Positions 1-12,536 of a stretch of 64,000 nt of DNA are shown here, piece after piece. Location of the stretch: assembly GCA_023231475.1 (NCBI GenBank), contig JALJEE010000635.1, positions 1 to 64,000 on the forward strand, given 5' to 3'. The position numbers and the translations under genes are program-made. The DNA is from Seison nebaliae (lineage: Eukaryota). Positions within the stretch are counted from its first letter, which is position 1. The number at the start of each line of letters is the position of its first letter. The notes under the pieces are model-generated. The model worked only from the letters and a program-made list of their open reading frames with translations, did not search any database and was not told where the DNA came from.

Positions 1-325
1 AAAAATAAACCTAAAGAGATGTGTAAATTTTTTTATCCTTAGTCGAAGTATTACAGCCGGTTTTTGGCCTTTTTTACTCTATATGTAGATGTAGATATGT
101 ATTTTTTATATACAATTCTATATATATTTAATAATTTTTTATACAGAATTGTATATAGAAAATACATACCTACATCTACATACGGAATAGAAAAACGCCA
201 AAATTCTGGTGTAATACTTCGACTAAGGATAAAAAAATTTACACATATCTTTAGGTTTATTTTTCCTATCTCCATGATTTTTTTGGAGTCTAACGGCGGA
301 TGCGAACGCGTACCATTCCCTTGTA
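1..325. mobile_element. Long imperfect palindrome (foldback/MITE or Helentron-associated-like non-autonomous element), probably truncated by the window edge
   Basis: 1-55 is the reverse complement of 210-264 with one mismatch, and pairing continues imperfectly to a centre near 132; followed by a GC-richer tail ending ...GTACCATTCCCTTGT (~324). The short ORFs on both strands here are mirror images caused by the palindrome. Confidence 0.55.
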
Positions 326-700
326 AGTTTAAGTAAAATATTCGGTTTCAGTATAAAAAAGTGATACAGAATATAATTTTTTTTTTTAAATGTCCAATAA
401 TTACGTAATTATTCAGCATTGTTCAAAAAGAGTATTTTTGCATTATCTAAGAAATTTTATTTGATTGAAAAATTTAAATTACTCCATCTTCTTCAGTATC
501 ATCGATAACCCAAAAATACATATTTTTATTAAAATTGGTAACAGAAAACTATATTTTTTTTGCACCTTTTGTCCAAATAATTAAGCTCTTATATTTTTCA
601 CTGACTTTTCTAACTGTCTAATTCTTTTCAAATTTAAAGGAAAAAAATTGTTCCTTGTTCGAGTTAAATTAAAACACAGATTATTTGAACATTAAGACAT

Positions 701-874
701 AATTAAAACTAGTAACTAATTGTGAGAATTAATTGAGAGGGGAATTGAGAGGAAACATTGAAAAAAAAAGAAGAATCCAGTTAAATAATTGAGAGGAAAG
801 GAGAAGGTATCTCGATCGAAGAAGAAGGAATAACAAATTAAAACTAGTAACTAATTTTGAGAATTAATAGAGAG
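701..874. repeat. ~39 bp direct repeat pair (701-739, 836-874)
   Basis: AATTAAAACTAGTAACTAATT(G/T)TGAGAATTAAT(T/A)GAGAG occurs twice. Confidence 0.8.
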
Positions 875-912
875 TGAAAATGAATTGGATATAAATTCTT
901 CGAATAGAAAAT

Positions 913-969
913 CTGCACGAAACATGCAAGACTGCACAAGAACTGCACGAAAAGTGCACGAAAATTACA
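913..969. repeat. Degenerate ~10 bp tandem repeat (CTGCACGAAA-like, ~5 copies)
   Basis: ctgcacgaaa catgcaaga ctgcacaaga actgcacgaa aagtgcacga read directly. Confidence 0.65.
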
Positions 970-1150
970 TATTATGGAAAACGGCTTTTCTCCTTCTCCA
1001 CTTCATCTTCATGGGAAAAATTAGATGATATTTTGATTAAAACTGCGCTCATTTGACAATAAGAGAAAGAAATGAGTCTATTAGAAATAAACAATATTCG
1101 AATTGAAATGAATAATTTATAAAAAAAGGAAACTGAAAAATCTTTCGAAA

Positions 1151-4100
1151 ATGTCGAGACAACCGTATGTGAAGGAACCGCCGTCTCAGTTTGGGAAACC
1201 GACGAAGAATATGTTCAATCTGATTTATGAGGAGGGTTCGATGTTCTCCAATAAATTCGTTAGACAAATTGTTTAAAAACCAAAAAAAAATGAGTGTAAT
1301 TGTTAGAGACGAGAAAATATTCAACGAACTGGTCGAGAATGGATTCTGAAGAAGAAGGAACAGATGATCGATGAGAAGATAGTACATCGTCGGAAGATAT
1401 TTAATGTCGTTAACATTCTCTTCCTATTCAAATGATTAATGAATCGTCAGCATACCAGTCATTGGGAATTGACGGAACAAGATGAAATTGAAAAGTTTGT
1501 TGATCATATCAAGGTAGAACATGAAATGTTCTCGATGGATGACACGCAGAAAGAGTCATGTTATCATAGTGAGAACTTCCATTTCCGTAAAACGGGAACA
1601 GTGAAACAGAGAGAATTCAGTAATTATTTTGATGAGGAGCACGAACGATTAGAGAAATGGAAAACGGAAAATATGGCGCTCATACGACGACAAGAGAGAG
1701 CGAAAAAATTCTATAATAACGCCAGAATGGAGGAATTAGATAGACGACATCTTCAGATTTGTAGTGGAGTCATTCTGGAAATTATTGAATTTGCTTTGAC
1801 TATTTGTCTCCTCCGAACTGATAATCGACGTACTCTCATTCCAATTAAACAATGGCGGAAATTAATCGGAAAGTTTATTCAGGGCAAATTCGAGAAACGA
1901 GAGGAGAGAATTCCTGAACGTATTGAGAACGCGGAGGAGATTACGAGAACGAAAGACAGTCATTTCTGTTATCAGGAACCGGATTGTGAGACGTTAAATG
2001 AGATGCAACTCGAATATTATTTGACGGAATCAGATGAATGGAATTTCTCTCACATTCTTCGACCACATCGATTACAGTCACATATCTTCAACAACATTCA
2101 ACGCATTGTCGATAGTTCGAATCGATCCATATTGATGGTTTTTTTTTCTCCTTCTCATTCTTCAAATCCTCTCAATTACTCCTCGTTTAGAGTCAATTAT
2201 TCCGCAATACTTATTCAAATATATCGACATCGGTGAAACCGTTTCATTTGATATTCATCGGGAAGAGAAATACGAAAATTGCACAAATCGTCAAAATGAT
2301 CGATGGGAAACATATTCCCAATTTATTCATTATCGATTTCGGACAACTCGTAACGAAATGTATTAAAGCTTTTCACGAATATCAATCGTCGAAAGTTTTG
2401 GGAAATTTAAATTTGAATTTTTCAAATCATTTTTCTAGAAAAACAATCAACGTTCCAAAAGTACGGTGGCGAAACAACAGAAAGTTGAAGATAAGAGAAA
2501 GAAAAAAAATAAAAAGAAAAGTTTCTTCTTTCTCTAATCCACTTTCCTTCCTATCTACAATTATCATAGAAGGAGGAAAAAATAAACAAGGTAGTGAACA
2601 TCGAGTTTCTCGCACATCTCCCGTCGCCATCGATATACCGGCTAAAGACGGATTAAATTTAGATGTGGAATTCGGAAAAAGAATTAGCTCGACGAAAACA
2701 CGTAATAAAAAGGTACCGGATGAAGTACTTACGGAATTACTAATTTATCATATCAAGTTAAAATAATAAAATTTAAATTTTAAATTAAAATTTAACGAAT
2801 TTTCCAGTTCATTGCCAAAGGAGAGTAGTTGGATTCTTTTGGACTTTCCCAAAACGTATCGTCAAATGAAATTGCTCGATGCGAGTTTATGGAATATGAA
2901 ATTGGATAATTATTTGATGGACGATCTCACTTTCGTCAATCAACAATTCATCACACAAATCAAAGAGCAATTCGATGTGAGTGAAAGAGGCTCAGCCACT
3001 TCGAATAAAATTTACAAGAAATTTTTTTACAATGCTGAGAATAAATTGATGGAACATATTCCGAGTTGGGAGTTGACGAGAGATCTCCCGCCCTCCACCA
3101 AATGGTACTATTTCGAGAAGTTGCTCCAGGAGAAAATCGAGAAAATGAAGAACGACATTTTCCGTCATCGATCGTTTATTGACGGTGTGTTCCATTTCCG
3201 TTCGAATAATCAGCAAATTGCGTTGAGCATTTTAAAAAATCAACTCACTTCGAAAAGACCTTCCATCAGTTGGAAGGAGATTCAAGAGGAATTAATCAAC
3301 TTCCAGAAGAATTGGCCAAAAATGAAGAAATATTTCCAGAAATATTCAAAACTTTATGAAATAAACATCAACATCGAATCGGACGAAGCACTTTTTGAAC
3401 AAATTCTCTCGCTCATTTATATCGATGAGAACGAGGCTCGAATTGATGAATTTCCATCCGATTCTATCAAAGTCGAAGTGACGAGTCAATCGATAGAAGA
3501 GAATGAGAATTTCGACCAATTTTCAATTTCCGATGACGATTATATCGTCCCACATATCATGGAAAAGAATGATCGAGTCTTTTTAACTTCACCAAATGAA
3601 AGTGTCTTCAATTTGAGACGATATATTTACAAATGGAAAATGTTGACAGATATGCGAATTTATCAGTTATTGGATGTGATGGAAATTATGCGATATAATC
3701 GAGCGAAATATTATCACGATATAATGAATAATAAAATGGATTTTCTACTCTCCATCGAATCGTGGGAGGAAATTCAAAATTTAGTCGATTTGAGATTGAA
3801 ATGTTTCGGGAAACATGAGGGAATGAAAGAGAGTTCCGATATCGATAATTGGCCAACCACCATCGACGTGTTGCACGAAGAATTGTGGAGTAAAATCATC
3901 GAGTTTAAGGAACGTGGCGAGATTTATTTGATAAAATTGAAAGAAGTTTCTTATGTTGAGAAATTCATTCCTCTCATTAATGTCTATTCGATTCTCATGC
4001 AAATTGAATTATGTGCTTATCAACGGAAAATATTCATCATTCAAACCATCTTCAATAAAATGGAAGAATTTGAAAAAGAAATTATTTGTGCACCATGTCC

Positions 4101-6387
4101 CGCTTTGCCTTTCATTAAGAAAACGGCAAAATCAGAAAATGACGGAAAAACGGTGGAAATTGACGATCTCAATATATGGAAACAAGGTTATGAAGCGCTC
4201 ATTGAAATGTTCATAAAATCGCCTCGATCTGAAGACGATTGGCAGACGTTCTTCCATCAGAACGATCTCTTCAACATGGAGTGTGAGGAGGAACAAATTC
4301 TCTGGAATCAATTCACCGTTGCCATGGCAACGACTTGTTTGGACGATACGGACTATCCAATTCACAAATTCGACAAAAGTACTACCGAATCGTTTCTGGA
4401 GGTGATGGAGGAGACGAAAGCGAGTAAAACAATTCCATCACATGACGCCTCCCAATATAATTCGAATGAATCGAATAACGTGAAAATGGAAGAGGAAGTG
4501 GTGCCAACGAGTGAATTTCGAATATCTGATGATATTGACGATATGGACGAGACATTAGTAATGACGGAGAAAGAAATAACTCTCGAATCTGAAGAGAAAA
4601 TTACGATCAGTTTATTGAAACCACATGTGCTCGATATGATTTATTATCAATATAATTTAATTGTTCGTCGGTTGGTCCGAATCTTCTTTCACGGAATTAC
4701 CATCATGAGAGATTTGAAGAAGAAACGAGAGGAATCGTTCGTGTTGATGAGATCGTTTCTCGGTTCGGCCTTCTATTTCCAAAAGACTCAAATTGACGAA
4801 TTAATCAACAATTGTAAAAATCAACTATTGACCAAACAACATATTCTAAATATGCCGATATTGGCACCATCAATTTATCGTCATACCACATTCACTCCAT
4901 TCCACCGATTAATAGTTGGCCGAGAAGATTTTCTGCTCATGGAACATTCGACTCTTCTCGATAAAAGATTAACTTTGTCGTTAACTGAGGCGATGAATTT
5001 CATTCAAATATTCGGTAAACAACTTCCGTGGCGAACTCCAAGTGAAAGCTTGAAAAAAACACAATCGATTACATTGAGTTCTCTATCGACACATATGATA
5101 ACTCTCACCGAATCAACGAGTGATTGTGGAGCTTTAGTGGAGCGGGATAATATGGTAAAAGTGGAAGAATTTGCTCGTCTCCTTTTTCAGGAAATTCAAG
5201 GAATGATAGATAATGATAAATTGAATAAACATTGGAAGAAATTCAAATTCACTCAAATTCTCCAAATGGTCAAACTCTTCACCAACAACACCGATGTCAT
5301 CGATTGGAAGTTGTGGCTATTGACGATGATTCAACCGTTTCCCATTCCGACAACGAGACAACTCGTCAAATATCATGGCTCACTCAGTCAAGCCGATAAC
5401 TACATGAGAGGATATATCGACAAAAGGAAATTCATTCAAATTCCTTTCTGGTTCGCCAAAGTCAATTATTCAAAAATCCCAATAACTGATGAGTCGACTC
5501 GTTTACAATACGTCGATTCGGAAGAAAACGATTATACAACTTTCAAACATTTCCTTTGTACTCTCTATCATATCGACAATAATACCTTCTTCCCCAACGA
5601 CGTGACGATGAATGAGAAAGTAAGAAAAACGACATTTATCGATTATGAATTATTAGTTCATATTGATTATCAATTTGATTAATCAAAACCATTTTCTCTT
5701 CATTCATTTCTCAGTGTCAACATTTAGCATTGACTCCTAGTGTCTCATTGAGCACACTACGACAATTGGCGTTAGATGTCGACGATTATTTGTATATCGA
5801 TGAATCAGTCAGTTCACGACGGACCACCTCCACCAACATTTGGGAGTTTTTCATTTCCGTTTTTTTTAATTTTTTACCATTTTTCTTTCAGTGATTCCTG
5901 GAAATGGACTTATGACAGACTGGACACGTTATGGAACGCAAGTTCCGTTACTCGTCGTACTCCGACCGTTTCGATTTATCCCCAAAAATTAATTGACGTT
6001 AATTAATTGAAAATAATTCAAATTTCTAATTCCATTTTTATGGTTTTTCTATCAAACAGTTACTGGGTGATGAGAATGATATGATGGAATCCGAACGACT
6101 CAAAGAATTGAATGAACCAACTTTTCACAAAAACCAATTAACAGCAAAATTGCCCACAATAGTTTCCATTTGATTTCTCTCACACTCAATTCACTTTCTC
6201 ATTTTAGTACTCGATCATGGAAATGTTGAATGAAGTGGGAGAGCAAATGACGAGAGATTCGGGAGGGAAAATTCATAACGTGTTTACGGATCCGGTGCCA
6301 TTCCATTATCTCGCCTCGTCGTCATTATTCAAAGACATCCTAATCAAATATTCCACCAATAACGTCCCGATAACTTTCAAAAAATGA
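1151..6387 (+). CDS. SPEF2: Sperm flagellar protein 2 (SPEF2/KPL2)-like central-pair protein, multi-exon; 5' end uncertain
   Basis: ORFs 1439, 2233, 2812 and 5776 join in frame through short introns (donors 2138, 2395, 2521, 2757, 5656, 5846, 5998, 6162); stop TGA 6385-6387. Recognised SPEF2-like segments: adenylate-kinase-like 'KVPDEVLTELLI...WILLDFPKTYRQMKLL' and EF-hand region 'IDWKLWLLTMIQPFPIP...FIQIPFWF'. Confidence 0.7.
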
Positions 6388-6477
6388 ATTTATTTGAAAT
6401 TTTTCAATTCTTCAATTTTCTTCAAGAGAGAAATGAGAAGTTATACAAAATAAAAATATTCGTATTTATTTGGCAAT

Positions 6478-7917
6478 TTAAGTTTTGATGAATTCATGAA
6501 ATGCGATTAATTTCTTCTTACACACTTTACACAATTCGGTGTTGTTGATAGTTCGATGAATGATAGGAAAGATTAAGCCCAAACCGATACGGTCGTGCGG
6601 TCGACAAATGACGTGACTCCAAGGAATGATCTTCACCGCCTCCGTGTCATATGATTGAATTGGTAGTTTCATAGTGGGATAACTAGCTTCATATTTCTTT
6701 ATGACTATCATCTGTTCGGGTAGGAGTGGAGATGAAATCATTTCTGTGATGGGCGGAATTGGAATGGCGATCTGGTTCGTTATGCAGTCGAAACAGAACA
6801 TATGAGCACACGGGTTCGCAATGAGGTGTGGCAATTGTCTGAATTTGATCTGACATAAACCACATTTTCTATTATCGGCATCAACCAGATAATCGAAATG
6901 TGGAAGAGAATTGTGGAGGAAAGTTGACAAAGTGCGATGAAGACCCATATCTTTATCAACTCTACTCAACTGAATCTGAGTTGTCATTTTGTCCCAATTT
7001 GTGTCATTTAAATAGTTCTGTTCCGTCTGCCCCGAAAATATGTTCACTGCTTGATTGGTTGAAAAATTATGTGCTCGATTTTTAGTTCGATCATTTGTTA
7101 ATTGTTTATAGAGTCCCACTGATAACAACGATGGTACATCGCCTTCATTGTCACTCAATTCAAATAATTTACCCTTACCACATGTCTCAGTGCCTTTAGT
7201 TACTTTTAATGGATGCATCATCAAATTATCTCCGATATCATCCGAATTCAAATTCGGTACATTGAAGCCTGAAATTTTTCCTTTACGATTAGGAGTGGAG
7301 AGAATGGTGAACATGGAAGAATCACTTGTTTTCTTCGCCAATTTAAAATCGTTTTCCGATTTCCTTTCCATCATTTTTACCGGTCCGATGAGAGTTAGCG
7401 ATTCGTCCAAAGAGTCTTGACTGATCGAAGTTCTTGACGTTTCATTCAAGACACTTGTATGACAGTTCGCTAAAGTGCCTAAATTCGAATGCTTCATTTC
7501 AATGTCTGCCGTTTTCGGGAAGTTCAAATTGCTCTTCATGTTCACCAATTCATCCGACATCGTACTCGGTATGAAATGTCGATGTTTCTTCGGCTGAGGA
7601 ATATCCGATGTAACGTCGGCTATGAACGTCTCCTCCACTTTCTCTTGTTCATCTTCACTACTATGTCGGAATGCGACAAAACATCTCAGGAAACTTAACA
7701 TCAAAATTACCGTCATCAGAATGATAGAGAAGATGGTGAAAATGACAATAGATTTTATCGACGCCCCAATAATAAATGTTTCCGCGCAGTGCTTCATCAA
7801 ATCTAACCGATTGAAAAACATCCGTTCATACCAACTGAAATAACAATACTCTTTTATCGATACGATCTCGTAATAGAATATGAAGTAGAATAATTTCCGA
7901 AGTAACACGACCACCAT
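6478..7917 (-). CDS. Membrane-anchored C3HC4 RING-finger protein
   Basis: 479 aa ORF; hydrophobic TM segment 'IVIFTIFSIILMTVILMLSFL'; C-terminal CGLC..CAHMFCFDC..CKVC. Confidence 0.6.
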   Translation of the reverse strand: MVVVLLRKLFYFIFYYEIVSIKEYCYFSWYERMFFNRLDLMKHCAETFIIGASIKSIVIFTIFSIILMTVILMLSFLRCFVAFRHSSEDEQEKVEETFIADVTSDIPQPKKHRHFIPSTMSDELVNMKSNLNFPKTADIEMKHSNLGTLANCHTSVLNETSRTSISQDSLDESLTLIGPVKMMERKSENDFKLAKKTSDSSMFTILSTPNRKGKISGFNVPNLNSDDIGDNLMMHPLKVTKGTETCGKGKLFELSDNEGDVPSLLSVGLYKQLTNDRTKNRAHNFSTNQAVNIFSGQTEQNYLNDTNWDKMTTQIQLSRVDKDMGLHRTLSTFLHNSLPHFDYLVDADNRKCGLCQIKFRQLPHLIANPCAHMFCFDCITNQIAIPIPPITEMISSPLLPEQMIVIKKYEASYPTMKLPIQSYDTEAVKIIPWSHVICRPHDRIGLGLIFPIIHRTINNTELCKVCKKKLIAFHEFIKT

Positions 7918-10369
7918 CCGGTAAACAGAATTTTATAGGCAAATTACTTCTTTCGCTACTGAGATTATTTTTGTTTAGTAGTTTTCCTCCTCAACCAACA
8001 ATTGAATAATAAAAAAAGCAAAATGAAAAATATTTAACCAAATTCTATTTTTCTTTCTATTTTGTATTGAAAATCTTTTCATGTAAACTCAAATTTTCCA
8101 TTTTAAAACAATCACTAAAGAGAATATCTTTAACATTTTTTCCATTATTCAATTTTAGTCAAAAATAAACAATATCGATTAATAAAATTCAATTTTAAAA
8201 AATTTTTCCTAAATGTTTAATGTCTAGTACTTATTTTCCGGATTTTTTATTGAATTATTTATCCACTTAATTAATCTTATTCAAATCTTTTCAATATTTT
8301 CAATAATTTGATAGGAAAATATTTTTTTAAATAAATTCAGTCTTAAAACTTGAACAAATGGTTTTTTTATGATGAAGAAAATTTTGGTGTTTTTTTTAAT
8401 GGAAATGGTTAATTTTATATGAACTGAGATTGTTTTATTTTTCTTTTTTTAGAAATGAAGAAGAAAAAAAATAGGTGAAATATTTGAAGATAAATTTAAC
8501 ATTAACATCAGTGCGGTCGTTTATGTGTTTTATGGTTGTCGGTGTCATCTTTGAAAATTGTGGAAATTTGTGTGTGTTCGCCTTCGGGCAGTTCCAATGT
8601 TGTGTGTGTTTTATTTCGCATATTAATTAGGAGATTGATTATTCGGAAGACGAGAGAACGTGGCAAACTCATGAAATTAATGTGTCGCTAAAACATCAGA
8701 TCGGATGGGGAGAAGAATGATCAAATATTTCACATTCTTCATCGGGATTAGAAGGAATATTTAGCATGTTCCATTCCATTAAAATTTCTTTTTGGTTGTT
8801 TATGTATTCGGAGTTTATTTGACGTTTCATTGTTACCGAAATTGAATAAATAAAATGTTTATTTACTCCTTTCTTCCCTAACAATTGAGGGAGAGTTGAA
8901 GGATGGTCAAGTTGTTTCGTTTCCTATTAATCTTCCGGTTGATGCATGAATGGAGTCGATGGCTCGATTGTCTACTTGAATCCAATTCGAGTATTTTTGC
9001 CACATATTTCGAAGAGAAGAAAGACAATCGTTTCCTCCGCTATCTATCTCCTGAATAAATATAGATAGATGAGATTTCCGATGGAACGAGATTAGATTCA
9101 TTTCCATAATGTTCTTGAGTGATGATAAATGTGAAACGTCAGAGTCTAATCGACTCAATGTCATTTTGACAAGTATTCATCTCTTCCGCTTCATTATCAG
9201 ATTAATTCCATTGAGAAATGTCAACTAATTCCCGAAATGTCATTGATAGTCAAACAGTTATAATTATGCCGATCATATTCTCATTATCGTTCGGTGACCT
9301 TATCAAACGATCGTTTCATAAATTCACCAACTGTCTTATTTCGAAATAAACCGTTTACATGATCTTGTCAATTCAAAGGGAGAAACGGAAAGAATTAATC
9401 GAATAGAACTCGTTTAATTCATTAAACGGTTATTTAATGGAATTACTTTAGAATTAGTTGTTTGTTGAAAATTAATAATTTATAATTTTATAATTTATAA
9501 TTTATATTTTATTTATTTATATTTTATAGAGAATAAAAGTAATTAATAATGGCATTTCCGCTCTCATTCCATCAACAGCTGCTCCTCCAGGGATCTAGAT
9601 AAAGTCGAGACAGATATGTCTCTCACCATCATCATTAATTCCTAGTTGTCCATTGGCAACGATCACGTTCAATTAATATTTCATTCCAATGAACATTGAC
9701 CTTCTCCTCCGAAATGTGCGTGTTTATTCCCAAGTGAGTGGTGGGCGCAAATGGGCAAATGTGTGAGATGTGGGTGCGAGCAGTTCCCTCTTCATGGACC
9801 AATTGGTCGACCATATGCTTCGTGATCATTCGTCTTTTTATTCATCTATTTCAATGAACTCAATCGCCCTTTTATCGAATGTTGAATGGAATTGGGGAAT
9901 CGAATAAAAATCGATTCACCGCCGATCTCGAAAATGAGAAGATGGAATTCGAATTTTCCATCTACTTCTCTTCCCCCATTAATCAAATCGATAAAATAAT
10001 TTCATTAAAATCACTCATAGAGACAACTCACATTATCATGTGCGATGGAATTGGAGAGAATGTGGACAATTGTCCTACATCTCATTCGCAAGTAGGTGTC
10101 ATATAGAAATTTCATTAATTGTCCACTTTTTATGAATAGTAATAAAAGAATTAGTGTGGACAGGTCTGTCTCAATTTCTTCCTCTCATTCTAATCTCTTC
10201 ACAATTCTAATTGTGTTCTCTATTCATCAATATTCGCTGAGCAATTAGCAACTTCACAACGACAATTTCTCTCATTTATAATCTCTCTATCTTCTCTCCA
10301 ATCGATCGAATAATCTCTCCTTTTCTTTTTCATTTATCTCAGAAATTCTTCTTTTTCATTTCTCTTGAA

Positions 10370-11251
10370 ATGAATCCATCATCCATCGCATCAAAACTAA
10401 CCGTTAGTGCATCACGTCCATTTCGTACGAACATATTCGCCAATCTCTCCTCCTCAATTCAACGTCATCAACAACGAATGAAGAATAATGAAGAAATTCC
10501 GATCGATAATTCCGATATTCGAAGTCCAATCTTTCCACGAAGAAATATCAATTCAAATCTCGAAAATTGCACACCAAACAGATCTCTCTTCAGTCCTTCC
10601 ATCATTCGACAACACCATCTTCATTTCCAATCAAACATCCAAGGCAGCCCATCTTTCCATCTTCAATCGAATTCCAATCGATTTAATTCAAAGCGGAAAT
10701 TATTTATCGATTCAGGAATCGAATCAACCACCGAATCAACCACAAATTCCATCGACGAATTATATAACAATTTAATGGATCGACATCAGAAAAATAAAGA
10801 GAAACGATGGAATTTCGATTTCCATAATAATCTCCCCAAAAACCAGTCAACACCGTTCGACCGATTGAAATGGAAAGAATTTAAAAATCCACCAAACTTC
10901 TTTAATTCCAATCAAAACGATGACGGAAATAAAATCCAATCTTCTCAAGTCAAAGAAGAGAATGTGAGAAAAACCAGAAAAAAACCATCATCGAAAAAGA
11001 CGAAGTCGGAAAAAGATCAGAAAGTTCCAGATGAAAGTGCGTCGAAACAGTTGAAAATTACCGAATTATTCCCAATTAGGAAGAAGAAACGAAATTCTAT
11101 TCAAATGACAATCGAGTCTGCTCAATCGTTCCTGGAAACACCGAAAAAAACAAAGAAAGCACAAAAATCCACCAACCGCCCCCTAACTCGACTACAAAAA
11201 CGAAAACAACAAAAAGATTTATTCGATTGTGGAATAACAATGAAATTGTAA
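10370..11251 (+). CDS. Cip/Kip-family cyclin-dependent kinase inhibitor (p21/p27/Dacapo-like)
   Basis: Cy motif 'KRKLF', CDI core 'KRWNFDFHNNLP...LKW', C-terminal PIP-box-like 'QLKITELFPIRKKK'; single exon. Confidence 0.8.
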   Translation: MNPSSIASKLTVSASRPFRTNIFANLSSSIQRHQQRMKNNEEIPIDNSDIRSPIFPRRNINSNLENCTPNRSLFSPSIIRQHHLHFQSNIQGSPSFHLQSNSNRFNSKRKLFIDSGIESTTESTTNSIDELYNNLMDRHQKNKEKRWNFDFHNNLPKNQSTPFDRLKWKEFKNPPNFFNSNQNDDGNKIQSSQVKEENVRKTRKKPSSKKTKSEKDQKVPDESASKQLKITELFPIRKKKRNSIQMTIESAQSFLETPKKTKKAQKSTNRPLTRLQKRKQQKDLFDCGITMKL

Positions 11252-11442
11252 AGTTTTAACGAAATAAATAAAGTTTATCATATTTTTTCTCTTCTCTTTC
11301 TTCACACCCTCAACGATATCGTTCTGATTCTGATCATATTGTGATTAACCGAAAATTTCGTCACTTTTTTTTGAAAATTTTTCAAAAAAGTGAAAAACTT
11401 TAAATCAAGGACAAAATTTAATTTACTACTCATGACACCTTC

Positions 11443-12483
11443 ATGAGAATAAGTTTATTACATTTGTTAAAAAATTTGAGTCAGGGAAAAATGAGCAAAT
11501 CAGCCAAATCTTTACCACTCGCCACACTTGATGATTTGGATTTGAATAAATTCGAATATATCAATTTATTTTTGGATTATGATGGAACATTGACGCCAAT
11601 AGTCGATAATCCATCAGATGCTTTATTGACGTCATCGATGTTTGACGTGCTTACCAAATTATCGAAATTACAAGGCGATCATGAAAAATTCAAATTTTCC
11701 GTTTTCATTATCAGCGGACGTGATTATGAGGACATTTCGGAGAAGGTTGGTATTAAAGAGATAGTGATCGGTGGTTGTCATGGATTCGATATTCGTACCT
11801 ATTCTACCCAATCGAACCAAATGGAACAATTGCCGAGTATTGGCGAGAAATTCCGGAAAGATTTAGAAATCGTCAATCAGGAAATAAAGGACGAATTGGA
11901 TAAATTCACGATTGATTCGGAAAATTTGAAATCGTTAATTTGGGTGGAGTTCAAACGATATTCGATCGCCGTTCATATGAGAGAATTGAATAAGATGCTT
12001 GGTGAAATGAAGAATGTGAAGGAACGTTACGATAAACAAATTTTCAACATGTTGTCCAATGTCCTTTCGAGAGATCGAAATCATTTGACAGTGAATCGTG
12101 GAAAAGAAATTTTTGAAATTGTTCCGAACGTCGAATGGCATAAAGGGAAGGCAGCGGAATGGTTAACGGAATTTGTTCATTCGGATAACCATCGAAGTTT
12201 TGGAATGAATGACGTGACGAAGGAATTCGATGAGAAGAAATGGTCGAAGACTTTAACATTCTTCCTGGGTGATGATACGACGGACGAAACGGCATTTAAG
12301 GACTTGAAGGAGATCTATCAACGAATTGGTTTAGAAGAGTATTTTCGATCGATCGTCGTGTGTGAAATGGAGGGAGCAGCGAAGAAAGAAACGTTTGCTA
12401 AATATCGTCTCAATTCAACAGACAAAGTCGAAAGTTTATTAAAGAGTCTCGCTCATTTGATTGAATGTGAAAAAAAAGATTAA
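11443..12483 (+). CDS. Stand-alone trehalose-6-phosphate phosphatase (HAD IIB, OtsB-like); start may be the ATG at 11491
   Basis: 'FLDYDGTLTPIV', 'ISGR', 'GCHGFDI', 'WHKGKA', 'GDDTTDETAF' motifs; intronless. Confidence 0.88.
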   Translation: MRISLLHLLKNLSQGKMSKSAKSLPLATLDDLDLNKFEYINLFLDYDGTLTPIVDNPSDALLTSSMFDVLTKLSKLQGDHEKFKFSVFIISGRDYEDISEKVGIKEIVIGGCHGFDIRTYSTQSNQMEQLPSIGEKFRKDLEIVNQEIKDELDKFTIDSENLKSLIWVEFKRYSIAVHMRELNKMLGEMKNVKERYDKQIFNMLSNVLSRDRNHLTVNRGKEIFEIVPNVEWHKGKAAEWLTEFVHSDNHRSFGMNDVTKEFDEKKWSKTLTFFLGDDTTDETAFKDLKEIYQRIGLEEYFRSIVVCEMEGAAKKETFAKYRLNSTDKVESLLKSLAHLIECEKKD

Positions 12484-12536
12484 TTTGAATCTGAAAATTT
12501 TAAATTTTTATTAATTTTATTATTTTAAATTAAATT

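Noticed and set aside
51..336. Two similar ORFs on opposite strands
   Set aside because: Mirror translations of the DNA palindrome; no protein features.
913..969. Short repeats as a CRISPR array or telomeric tract
   Set aside because: Degenerate 10-mers without spacers in a eukaryotic context.
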